A DNA stretch of 40,307 bases from Candidatus Sulfopaludibacter sp. SbA3. Lineage in GTDB: Bacteria > Acidobacteriota > Vicinamibacteria > Vicinamibacterales > UBA2999. The stretch is from positions 1 through 40,307 of the forward strand of contig CAMBHC010000001.1 of assembly GCA_945866285.1 (NCBI GenBank), read 5' to 3'. Shown in pieces: positions 15,601 through 23,474 of the stretch. The stretch's first letter is position 1. The number at the start of each line of letters is the position of its first letter. Position numbers and translations under genes: made by a program. The notes under the pieces are model-generated. The model made no database searches and had not been told where the DNA came from. It saw only the letters and a list, made by a program, of their open reading frames with translations.

Positions 15601-15682
15601 GGCTTCTAGACTATTCCAAAACTTGCCCGCTCGCAGGCTGGTTTCGGGGCATCTGGCCTGGCTTTGGAGTAGCATCTGGACT

Positions 15683-16117
15683 GTGACTGAGGGCGCGTGG
15701 GTCCCCGTAGCGGGCGTGCTGGCCGCCGGTATCATGGCAGCTGTCCTGTTCTTCTGGTGGAAGGGCCAGCCGTTCGCCGACGGCGACGTGTTCCGCGCCA
15801 GCCGCCTGTCGAGCGGCAACCGGTTCTTCCCGACCCAGGTCCTGGTTACACCGGCCTCGGTGGTCCACTACACTCCGGAAGTGGTCGGCCGAAAAGAACA
15901 TTCGATCCACATGGCACATGTGGCGTCGGTCAGCATTGATACCAACCTGTTCTTCTCCAACGTCCTGATTGAGACGACCGGCGGCACAACCCCGGTGGCG
16001 TGCCATGGGCACCGCAAGGCCGATGCGATCCGCATGAAGCAACTGATCGAGCAGTACCAGACGCAGTACTACCGCACCGCCGGTACGCCATCCGCTGCCG
16101 AGGTGTCGCGTGGATGA
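15683..16117 (+). CDS. Single-pass membrane protein with bacterial PH-like domain (tentative)
   Basis: TM segment VPVAGVLAAGIMAAVLFFWW followed by ..VLVTPASVVHYTPE..IHMAHVASVSID..SNVLIETTGG.. The start is uncertain (GTG 15683 chosen). The stop overlaps the next gene by 8 nt. Confidence 0.45.
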   Translation: MTEGAWVPVAGVLAAGIMAAVLFFWWKGQPFADGDVFRASRLSSGNRFFPTQVLVTPASVVHYTPEVVGRKEHSIHMAHVASVSIDTNLFFSNVLIETTGGTTPVACHGHRKADAIRMKQLIEQYQTQYYRTAGTPSAAEVSRG

Positions 16118-17462
16118 CCTGACCTTCACGGCACGCCGGCACAGCGCCGGCAGCGGCAGCCATCGTGGCGAGCCCCCCGACCTCGAGACGCGCTTCAAGA
16201 CCCTGGTGCAATCGCCGCTGCGCGCCGGAATCCTGCGTTTCCTCTCGGCCCGCCCAGAGGAGTCGTTCGATAACGAAGCGATCATGCAGACCTTCGGGCG
16301 CATGCGCCAGGACGTCGACAACTGCATCCGCGAACTGGTCGAGTTCGGCGTCGTCCGCAAGAACCCGGGTGACACCGCGACCTACGGCGCCATGCGGCCC
16401 GACGCGGAACCCATCGCAAAGCTGCTGGACGTGTTTCTCGAAGGCCGCGCCTACCTCGGCATCGAAGAAGCCTCGCCGTCGGTGCAGCGCTTCCGCGAAA
16501 TGATCGGCCGCGACGAGAAGATGCTGGCGATCTTCGAGTGGATCCGCACCGCCGCCAAGTCCGACATCTCGGTCCTGATCCTGGGCCCGACCGGCTCGGG
16601 CAAGGAAGTGGTCGCGCGCATGATTCACGAACTGTCGCGGCGCGGACCCGAGAACTTCCAGGCCGTGAACTGCGCGGCCCTGCCCGACAGCTTGTTCGAG
16701 TCGGAAATCTTCGGCTACGAAAAAGGCGCCTTTACCGGCGCGCATGACCGCAAGCCTGGCCGCCTTGAGCTGGCCAACGGCGGTACCTTGTTCTTTGACG
16801 AGGTCGGCGACATGTCGTTGATGGCACAAGCCAAGTTGCTGCGTGTGCTTGAGGAACGCCGGTTCGAGCGCCTGGGTGGCAATAAGTCGATTCACGTCGA
16901 CTTCCGCCTGATCTCGGCGACCAATCGCCCACTCGACATGTTCGTCCGCGAAAGCCGGTTCCGCGAGGACCTCTACTACCGCATCAACGCCTTTGCGATC
17001 CGCCTGCCGTCGCTGCGCGAACGCGCCGTCGACATTCCGGTGCTGGCCAATCGCTTCCTGGCGCGCTACTGTGCGGCCAACGGCCTGCCGCTTGACGCCA
17101 AGCAGTTCTCGTCGGAAGCCCAGGACCTGATGGCGTCGTACCATTGGCCCGGCAACATCCGCGAACTCGAAAGCACGGTCTCGCGAGCGGCCCTGTCCGC
17201 GCCGGGGCGGTCGATTCGCGCGGCCGACATCGAGTTCCTTCACGGCCATGCCATGGCGCGACCGGACGAGACGTCCAATCGCCTGCCCTCACTCCGCGAC
17301 TCCGAACGCGCGCACATCATTCGCGTGCTGGAGGCGACGGCGTGGAACAAGCTCGAAGCCGCCAAGGTTCTCGACATCAGCCGAGGGACGCTCTACCGCA
17401 AGATTGAGGAATACGGCCTGGAACCTGCCGCCGGGTCAGGACGGCGACGCGGCCGGAGCTAA
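16110..17462 (+). CDS. Sigma-54-dependent transcriptional activator (bEBP): N-terminal winged-helix-like domain, AAA+ core and Fis-type HTH, with no receiver domain
   Basis: GPTGSGKEVVA (Walker A), GYEKGAFTGA (GAFTGA loop), LFFDEVG (Walker B), RLISATN, and C-terminal AAKVLDISRGTLYRKI. Confidence 0.9.
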   Translation: MDDLTFTARRHSAGSGSHRGEPPDLETRFKTLVQSPLRAGILRFLSARPEESFDNEAIMQTFGRMRQDVDNCIRELVEFGVVRKNPGDTATYGAMRPDAEPIAKLLDVFLEGRAYLGIEEASPSVQRFREMIGRDEKMLAIFEWIRTAAKSDISVLILGPTGSGKEVVARMIHELSRRGPENFQAVNCAALPDSLFESEIFGYEKGAFTGAHDRKPGRLELANGGTLFFDEVGDMSLMAQAKLLRVLEERRFERLGGNKSIHVDFRLISATNRPLDMFVRESRFREDLYYRINAFAIRLPSLRERAVDIPVLANRFLARYCAANGLPLDAKQFSSEAQDLMASYHWPGNIRELESTVSRAALSAPGRSIRAADIEFLHGHAMARPDETSNRLPSLRDSERAHIIRVLEATAWNKLEAAKVLDISRGTLYRKIEEYGLEPAAGSGRRRGRS

Positions 17463-17511
17463 GGCGTGCAAACGCCGCCAGTTGATTCACTCTGTCGCTT
17501 AATGTCATATC

Positions 17512-17540
17512 AAATAAGGCGCGAGGCGCCGTATTTTGTT
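17512..17540 (+). terminator. Candidate intrinsic terminator after the sigma-54 activator gene
   Basis: AAATAAGGCGC-GAG-GCGCCGTATTT stem (one mismatch) followed by TGTT. A small GGCGT-GCAA-ACGCC hairpin also sits at 17463-17476. Confidence 0.4.
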
Positions 17541-17698
17541 GTCTGCATATGACTCTATGGTCGTGTATACTCCATCCCGTCGTGAAGAAGTTACCAGCCC
17601 CACAGCTCCCTGCTCATTCGTCTCGAGGCTCGATGTCGCCCGTTGCGGAACCCACCCGCGCCAAGGCGGTCTGGGGTTCATAAGAAAATAAAGCGCAC

Positions 17699-20224
17699 AT
17701 GCGCTCCTTGCCGCTCGCAGCCCGTATCTACATCGGCGCCACCGTTGCCATCGGCGCCCTGCTGCTGGTGTCGCTCGGTCCAAAATCGACATTCGCCAGT
17801 CCCTACCTCTTCACTGTCCTCCTGCTAGGTTCGGCCTTCACTTCAGCATTCAAGGTCAGCCTGCCACTCGCCAAGAGTGGCTCGACGATGTCGGTCTCGT
17901 ACGCGGTTGACTTCGCGGCGCTGCTGCTACTGGGCCCGAACGAAACGATGATCGTCGCGGTCATCAGCGCGTGGAGCCAATGCACCTTCCGGATGAAGGT
18001 GAAAAACCCGGTCTATCGCACGCTGTTCAGCATGGCGTGCCTCGCCATTACGGTGCAGGCCGCAGGCTTCGTCTACGAGGCGCTAGGCGGCGTTCCTGGC
18101 ACCCTGGCCCACGACGTGCCCGGCCTGGCCAAGCCCCTCGTCGCGGCCGCGACGATGTATTTCGTGTTCAACACGTGCCTGATCGCCATCGCCGTGGCGC
18201 TGGTCACGCGACAGACGTTCGTCGCGGTGTGGAACCAGAATTTCCTGTGGAGCGCGCCCAGTTACTTCGTCGGCGCCGGCGCCGCCGCCATCGCCACGTG
18301 GGCGGTGATGACCTCTGGAGTGGCAATGGCCATGCTGGCCGCCGCCCCGCTCTACCTGACCTACCGCACCTACAAGGTCTACCTCGGGCGCATTGACGAC
18401 GAGCGCCGGCACGTTGAGGAGATGGCCGACCTGCACCTGGCGACGATCGAAGCGCTGGCGCTCGCGATCGACGCCAAGGACCAGACCGCCCAGTCGCACA
18501 TCCGGCGGGTGCAGGTCTACGCCACCGGCCTCGCCCGCGGCCTCGGCATGTCCGACACCGAGGTCCAGGGCGTCAAGACCGCCGCGCTGCTCCACGACAT
18601 CGGCAAGCTCGCCGTTCCCGAGCACATCCTGTCGAAGCCGGGTCCGCTCACGCAGGAAGAGTTCCAGAAGATTCGTGTCCACCCGCAGGTCGGCGCCGAG
18701 ATCATCAGCGCCGTGCCCTTCCCGTATCCGGTCGCGCCGCTCATCCTGAGCCACCACGAACGGTGGGACGGCAAGGGCTATCCGCAGGGCCTCAAGGGCG
18801 AGGAAATTCCGCTCGGCGCGCGCATCCTGTCGGTGGTCGACTACTTCGACGCACTGACGTCCGATCGGCCGTATCACAAGGCCATGACCCACGTCGCCGC
18901 CCTGGCCCTCTTGCAGCAGGAAGTCGGCCGCGCCCTCGACCCGACCGTCGTCGCAATGTTCATCAAGATGGAAGCGGAGATGGCTGCCGCCGCCAGTACC
19001 ATCGACACCGCGACGCCGCGCCGCCTGTCGCTCGAACCGACCAACGAGCGCGGCCGCCCGGCCGTCGGCTTCCAACCCGAATCCACCAAGAGCAGCACGG
19101 TGTTCGAGGACATCGCGCTCGCCCACCGCGAAATCTATGCGCTCTACGAAATCGCCCAGACCATGGGCACCAGCCTGGGCGTCGCCGACACGATGGCGCT
19201 GATCTCGTCGAAGCTATCGAACCTGGTGCCGTTCTCGTCGTGCGCATTGTGCCTGCACGATGAAGAGGCCGACACGCTGCGTTGCCGGTTCGCCACGGGC
19301 GTCGAAGCCGAGACGATCGGCACCATGTCGGTTCGCGCCGGCCAGGGCCTGACCGGCTGGGTGGCCCGCAACCGGCGCCCGCTGGTCAACGCGCGGCCGA
19401 GCGCCGAGTTCGAGGCCGCCGGCATCACGGGCGTCGCCACCAGCTTGCAGTCGGCACTGGTCGCGCCGCTCGTGTTCAGCGACCGCTTCATCGGCACGCT
19501 CGCCGTCTATTCGACGCAGGCCGATTTCTACACCGACGACCATCGCCGCCTGCTGGATCGCGTGAGCGAACAGGCCTCGGCCGTGATTCACAACTCGATC
19601 GTCTTCGAGCAGACGCAGGAAGATTCGCTGACCGACCCGCTGACCGGCCTGCCGAACACCCGCTTCATGTTCATGCACCTGACGCGCGAGCTCGCCCGCG
19701 CCGAGCGGTTGAAGGCCGAAGTCGCCCTGCTCGTGATGGACCTCGACCGCTTCAAGGAAATCAACGACAGCCACGGCCACCACGTCGGCGACCGCGCCTT
19801 GCGTGAAGTCGCCACCGTGCTGCGGTCCGGCATCCGCCCGTATGACATTTGCGTCCGCTACGCCGGCGACGAGTTCATCGTCGTGTTGTCAGGCTGCGGC
19901 GCGGAAGAGGCCGACCGCAAGCGACTGGAACTGCAGCGGATCGTTGACGACCTGCTGTTCGAAGCGCGGCCCGGGCGCCGCCTCCCGCTCGCCATCAGCA
20001 TCGGCGCGGCCATCTACCCACAGGACGGCGACACCTACGAAGCGCTGCTGGCCACGGCCGACAGCCGCATGTATCGCGACAAGTCACGCCGGAAGCAACG
20101 CGTCCAGGTTCAGCCGGCCGCAACCGGTACCGACGGCCTGCCCGACGTGAACGTGCCCCTGCCGGCTCCAGCCGCGGAGATCTCCGAGATCGACATTCAA
20201 CGGGCTGGCTTCGGAGTGCTCTGA
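17699..20224 (+). CDS. Multi-TM sensor with HD-GYP phosphodiesterase, GAF and GGDEF (AGDEF variant) domains
   Basis: About 220-aa polytopic N-terminus. AALLHDIGKLAVP .. HHERWDGKGYPQGL (HD-GYP). GAF-like region. LVMDLDRFKEINDSHGHHVGD .. RPYDICVRYAGDEFIVV (GGDEF domain with an RxxD I-site). Confidence 0.9.
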   Translation: MRSLPLAARIYIGATVAIGALLLVSLGPKSTFASPYLFTVLLLGSAFTSAFKVSLPLAKSGSTMSVSYAVDFAALLLLGPNETMIVAVISAWSQCTFRMKVKNPVYRTLFSMACLAITVQAAGFVYEALGGVPGTLAHDVPGLAKPLVAAATMYFVFNTCLIAIAVALVTRQTFVAVWNQNFLWSAPSYFVGAGAAAIATWAVMTSGVAMAMLAAAPLYLTYRTYKVYLGRIDDERRHVEEMADLHLATIEALALAIDAKDQTAQSHIRRVQVYATGLARGLGMSDTEVQGVKTAALLHDIGKLAVPEHILSKPGPLTQEEFQKIRVHPQVGAEIISAVPFPYPVAPLILSHHERWDGKGYPQGLKGEEIPLGARILSVVDYFDALTSDRPYHKAMTHVAALALLQQEVGRALDPTVVAMFIKMEAEMAAAASTIDTATPRRLSLEPTNERGRPAVGFQPESTKSSTVFEDIALAHREIYALYEIAQTMGTSLGVADTMALISSKLSNLVPFSSCALCLHDEEADTLRCRFATGVEAETIGTMSVRAGQGLTGWVARNRRPLVNARPSAEFEAAGITGVATSLQSALVAPLVFSDRFIGTLAVYSTQADFYTDDHRRLLDRVSEQASAVIHNSIVFEQTQEDSLTDPLTGLPNTRFMFMHLTRELARAERLKAEVALLVMDLDRFKEINDSHGHHVGDRALREVATVLRSGIRPYDICVRYAGDEFIVVLSGCGAEEADRKRLELQRIVDDLLFEARPGRRLPLAISIGAAIYPQDGDTYEALLATADSRMYRDKSRRKQRVQVQPAATGTDGLPDVNVPLPAPAAEISEIDIQRAGFGVL

Positions 20225-20344
20225 CTCGGGGAACGGGGATCAGGAATCAGGAGCGGGTCCGTCAGGGGGTTCGCGGCGTCTACGCCCATCTGTCGCAACA
20301 ATTCTCCGGCACGGTCGTGACTACGACCCCCGGATCACGAACCC

Positions 20345-21118
20345 CTACATCCCGATGATGTGGTACCCGGCATCGACCATGATCACTTCGCCGGTAATGC
20401 CACGGCCAGCATGGCTTAACAGGAATGCGGCGGTGTCGCCGACTTCTGACGTTTCGATCGCCCGGCGCAGGGGCGCCTTCTCGCGCACCACACCCAGGAT
20501 CGACGAGAAGCCACCAATGCCGGCCGCCGCCAGCGTCTTGACCGGACCCGCGGAAATGGCGTTGACGCGAATGTTTTCAGGACCCAGGTCCGCGGCCAGA
20601 TAGCGAACCGACGATTCGAGCGCGGCCTTCGCCACGCCCATCACGTTGTAGTTCGGGAAGACCCGGTCGCTGCCGAGGAACGTCAGCGTCACCACGCTGC
20701 CGCCGCCGCGCTTGGCCATCAGGGGTTGTGCGCCACGAGTCAGCGCGATCAGCGAGTACGCGCTGACGTCCAGCGCCTGCTTGAAACCCTCTCGCGTCGT
20801 CTTCAGGAAGCCGCCGGTGATTTCTTCCCGCGCCGCGAAGGCGGCGCCGTGCACGAGGAAATCCAGTCCGCCGTGGTCCTGTTCGATCCTCTCGAATACG
20901 GCGGCGATCTGTTCATCGCTGGTGACGTCGCAGGGCAACACCGTCGGCTTGGGATCAAGCGTGGCGGCCAATTCGCCGACATGCTCTTCGAAGCGACCCT
21001 GGTATGTGAGGATGAGTTTCGCGCCCGCGTTGGCGGTGGCCTGCGCGATGGCCCAGGCGAGCGAACGATGGTTCGCCACGCCGACGATCAATCCAACCTT
21101 GTCGGTAAAGTCTGCCAT
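20345..21118 (-). CDS. fabI: Enoyl-[acyl-carrier-protein] reductase (NADH)
   Basis: VGVANHRSLAWAIAQ, YNVMGVAKAALE and ISAGPVKTLAA. The start ATG overlaps the upstream stop as ATGA. Confidence 0.92.
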   Translation of the reverse strand: MADFTDKVGLIVGVANHRSLAWAIAQATANAGAKLILTYQGRFEEHVGELAATLDPKPTVLPCDVTSDEQIAAVFERIEQDHGGLDFLVHGAAFAAREEITGGFLKTTREGFKQALDVSAYSLIALTRGAQPLMAKRGGGSVVTLTFLGSDRVFPNYNVMGVAKAALESSVRYLAADLGPENIRVNAISAGPVKTLAAAGIGGFSSILGVVREKAPLRRAIETSEVGDTAAFLLSHAGRGITGEVIMVDAGYHIIGM

Positions 21119-21873
21119 CAGCGATTCTTTTTCCCACCACGGCGGCGGCGGCCGCCGCCCTGCCCCTGGCCTTGGCCCTGGTTCTGGCCTTGGTTCTGGC
21201 CTTGGTTCTGGTTCTGACCCTGGTTCTGACCTTGTTGTCCCGGGCCGCTACCGTGTTCGCGGAAACGCATCGGGCCCAGGTTGTCCTGGCTGCCGCCACC
21301 GCCCGCCCGCCGGCGGCCGCGGAACTTGCCGCCGCCTCCGGCACCACCGGCGCCACCGGCATGGCGCTGCGCGCCACCGTTGTGACGGCCTCGGTTGTTC
21401 AGGGATTGGATGGTGAATTCGGGAAGGGCGCGGGGCGCGGGTGTCGCACCTTCAAGCTTGGGAAAAGTGGCGCGTATGAGGGACCGCCGGAATCCACCCT
21501 CGCGCAATTGGTCATCCTCGACCTCGGGCGCCGCGGGCACCGGCGCGGAGTCAATGATCGGCGGAGCGGCCGTCAGCGGCACGTTCGGTGTCTCATCCAC
21601 AACAGGTAATGGGGGTGGCGGCGGTGATTGGGGACGCGGGGTCGCGCCCTGCAGGCCATCGAGCACTTGCGCAAACAGCGCGGGGGGTTGGGTCTTGCGG
21701 CGTGGCGCCGGGACCTTGGCCTCCTTGTATTCGTGCTCGGCCTCGCAACTGCCGCAGCGCGTGCGTTGGATGGTTTCGTCGACCATGGCCACGATGGCAT
21801 GATCCGTAATGCGGCGCTCGCGCGGACAATAGTCGTCCGTCACGTCGCCGGGCCGATACCGGCGGTCTTGCAT
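21118..21873 (-). CDS. Hypothetical protein: N-terminal zinc-ribbon-like module plus a long disordered Pro-rich, RGG and (GQN)n tail
   Basis: DDYCPRERRITDH..RCGSCEAEH, then low complexity ending GQQGQNQGQNQNQGQNQGQNQGQGQGQGGGRRRRGGKKNR. Confidence 0.6.
   Translation of the reverse strand: MQDRRYRPGDVTDDYCPRERRITDHAIVAMVDETIQRTRCGSCEAEHEYKEAKVPAPRRKTQPPALFAQVLDGLQGATPRPQSPPPPPLPVVDETPNVPLTAAPPIIDSAPVPAAPEVEDDQLREGGFRRSLIRATFPKLEGATPAPRALPEFTIQSLNNRGRHNGGAQRHAGGAGGAGGGGKFRGRRRAGGGGSQDNLGPMRFREHGSGPGQQGQNQGQNQNQGQNQGQNQGQGQGQGGGRRRRGGKKNR
21163..21237. repeat. Imperfect 6/12-nt tandem repeats (GGTTCTGGCCTT / GGTTCTGACCCT units) encoding the (GQN)n tail
   Basis: Read directly from the + strand within the 3' end of the 21118-21873 gene. 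Confidence 0.7.
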
Positions 21874-22048
21874 GCAACTCCCCCGAAAACCCGATCAGCC
21901 TCCCGCCAAGCCGAATCGGTACTGGTCTTCTACTGCTTCGAACCGTTGGTCCATGGGCCGCGAACACGAGAGCGGCCGAGGGTCGTGTTGAGTGCGGGAA
22001 GCGCCTGTTCGGTCGGTAGACCGCAGGGCGCAGGGCAACCGGAATATA

Positions 22049-23437
22049 TCAGAGGCCCGTGCCCCGGGCAAGCCACACGCGCAGATCGGCCAACGCGGCC
22101 GCTACCGCGTCCGGATGCGTTGACTGCGGCGTCTTGCGGGCCCGCACCGACGCGGCCGCCGTCACCCGCTCCTTCACATCGTCAGCAAACAGGGTGCTCG
22201 ACTCGCGCCATTCCGGCAAGGACAGGGCTTCGAAGTCGCGACCCTCGGCCAGCAGCTTGCGGACCATCGCGCCAACCACTTCATGCGACTGCCGGAACGG
22301 CATGCCGCGCGAGACCAGGTAATCGGCCACGTCGGTGGCCAGCAACAGCCCGGACGCCGCGCGCCCCGTGCGCTCGGGATGCAGGCCCAGCTTGCCGATC
22401 ACCGCGGCAGTTGCATCGAGCGAGACCGCCAGTGTGTCTTCCGAATCAAACAATGGCTCTTTGTCTTCCTGTAGGTCCTTGTTGTAGCCGGTCGGCAGAC
22501 CCTTCATGGTGATCAGGAATCCGGTGAGATGACCGATGGCCCGCCCGGCCTTGCCGCGCACCAGCTCGAGCGGGTCGGGATTCTTCTTCTGCGGCATCAT
22601 GCTGCTGCCGGTCGCCGACGAGTCGGCCAGTTCGAAGAAACCGAATTCTTCGCCGGTCATCAGGATGAAGTCTTCCGCAATGCGTGACAGGTGGATCATC
22701 GACAGCGACACGGCGTGCAGGAAGCTCACCGCAAAGTCGCGATCGGACGAGGCGTCCATGCTGTTCGCCACCACGCGCGCAAAGCCCAGGCGCGCGGCCA
22801 GCGCGGCGGTATCGACGGCGTAGCCCGTGCCGGCGATCGCGCCCGATCCCAACGGCATCGCGTTGGCTTCTTCACGCGCGATCTCCAGCCGCTGATGGTC
22901 GCGGCGCAAGGCCGCGGCGTGGCTCAACAGAAAGTGCGACACCAGCACGGGCATGGCGCGGCGCATGTGCGTGTACGACGGCATCAGCGCATCACCGGCG
23001 CGCTCGGCCTGGTCGGCAAAGGCCGTAATCGCGGCGCGCAACTTTTCCTGCAGCAGCGGGATGCGCCGGCGCAAATACAACCGCAGGTCCAGCGACACCT
23101 GCTCGTTGCGCGAGCGACCGGTGTGCAAGCGGCGGCCGGCATCGCCGACACGGGCGACGAGCTGGCGCTCGACGAAGCTGTGGACGTCTTCGTCGACGCC
23201 GTTCACCCAGGCCGGATCCGTGCGGCCCTGTTGGAGGATGGCCGACAGCGCCTCGGCAATCGCCTTCGCGTCGGCGGCGGCGAGCACGCCGGCGTTGGTC
23301 AGCGCCTCCGCCCACGCCAGGCTTCCGGTCACGTCGTCTTCGAACAGGCGGCGATCAAACGGAAAGGAGACGCCAAAATCAAACGCCGCGGGATCGGGAG
23401 CCGAGTCGAAGCGGCCGGACCAAAGATGCTGGGACAT
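22049..23437 (-). CDS. argH: Argininosuccinate lyase
   Basis: LWSGRFDS.., the GSSMMPQKKNPD signature and TGYNKDLQEDKE. Start at ATG 23437-23435. Confidence 0.92.
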   Translation of the reverse strand: MSQHLWSGRFDSAPDPAAFDFGVSFPFDRRLFEDDVTGSLAWAEALTNAGVLAAADAKAIAEALSAILQQGRTDPAWVNGVDEDVHSFVERQLVARVGDAGRRLHTGRSRNEQVSLDLRLYLRRRIPLLQEKLRAAITAFADQAERAGDALMPSYTHMRRAMPVLVSHFLLSHAAALRRDHQRLEIAREEANAMPLGSGAIAGTGYAVDTAALAARLGFARVVANSMDASSDRDFAVSFLHAVSLSMIHLSRIAEDFILMTGEEFGFFELADSSATGSSMMPQKKNPDPLELVRGKAGRAIGHLTGFLITMKGLPTGYNKDLQEDKEPLFDSEDTLAVSLDATAAVIGKLGLHPERTGRAASGLLLATDVADYLVSRGMPFRQSHEVVGAMVRKLLAEGRDFEALSLPEWRESSTLFADDVKERVTAAASVRARKTPQSTHPDAVAAALADLRVWLARGTGL

Positions 23438-23474
23438 GTGCTTCCAGTAGGGCGGGTCTTCAGACCCGCCTTTG

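Noticed and set aside
15930-17249. 439-aa - strand ORF antisense to the sigma-54 activator
   Set aside because: The opposite strand carries unmistakable AAA+/GAFTGA motifs. This frame is Arg/Ala/Gly-rich with no motifs.
17578-17698. Possible riboswitch (for example c-di-GMP class) in the long leader of the HD-GYP/GGDEF gene
   Set aside because: I could not recognise GEMM-type conserved segments or a convincing conserved fold by eye. This needs a covariance-model scan (Rfam/Infernal) before any claim.
18083-19126. 347-aa - strand ORF inside the HD-GYP/GAF/GGDEF gene; similar antisense ORFs lie at 25042-25932 and 27781-28752
   Set aside because: All lie antisense to genes with strong homology (HD-GYP, argC, argD/GNAT) and have the characteristic Arg/Gly/Asp/His-rich antisense composition.
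20228-20269. Four G-runs (GGGG, GGGG, GGG, GGGGG) after the GGDEF gene stop, as a G-quadruplex candidate
   Set aside because: One loop would be 16 nt, and G-runs are common at this GC content. The evidence is weak without a genome-wide background.
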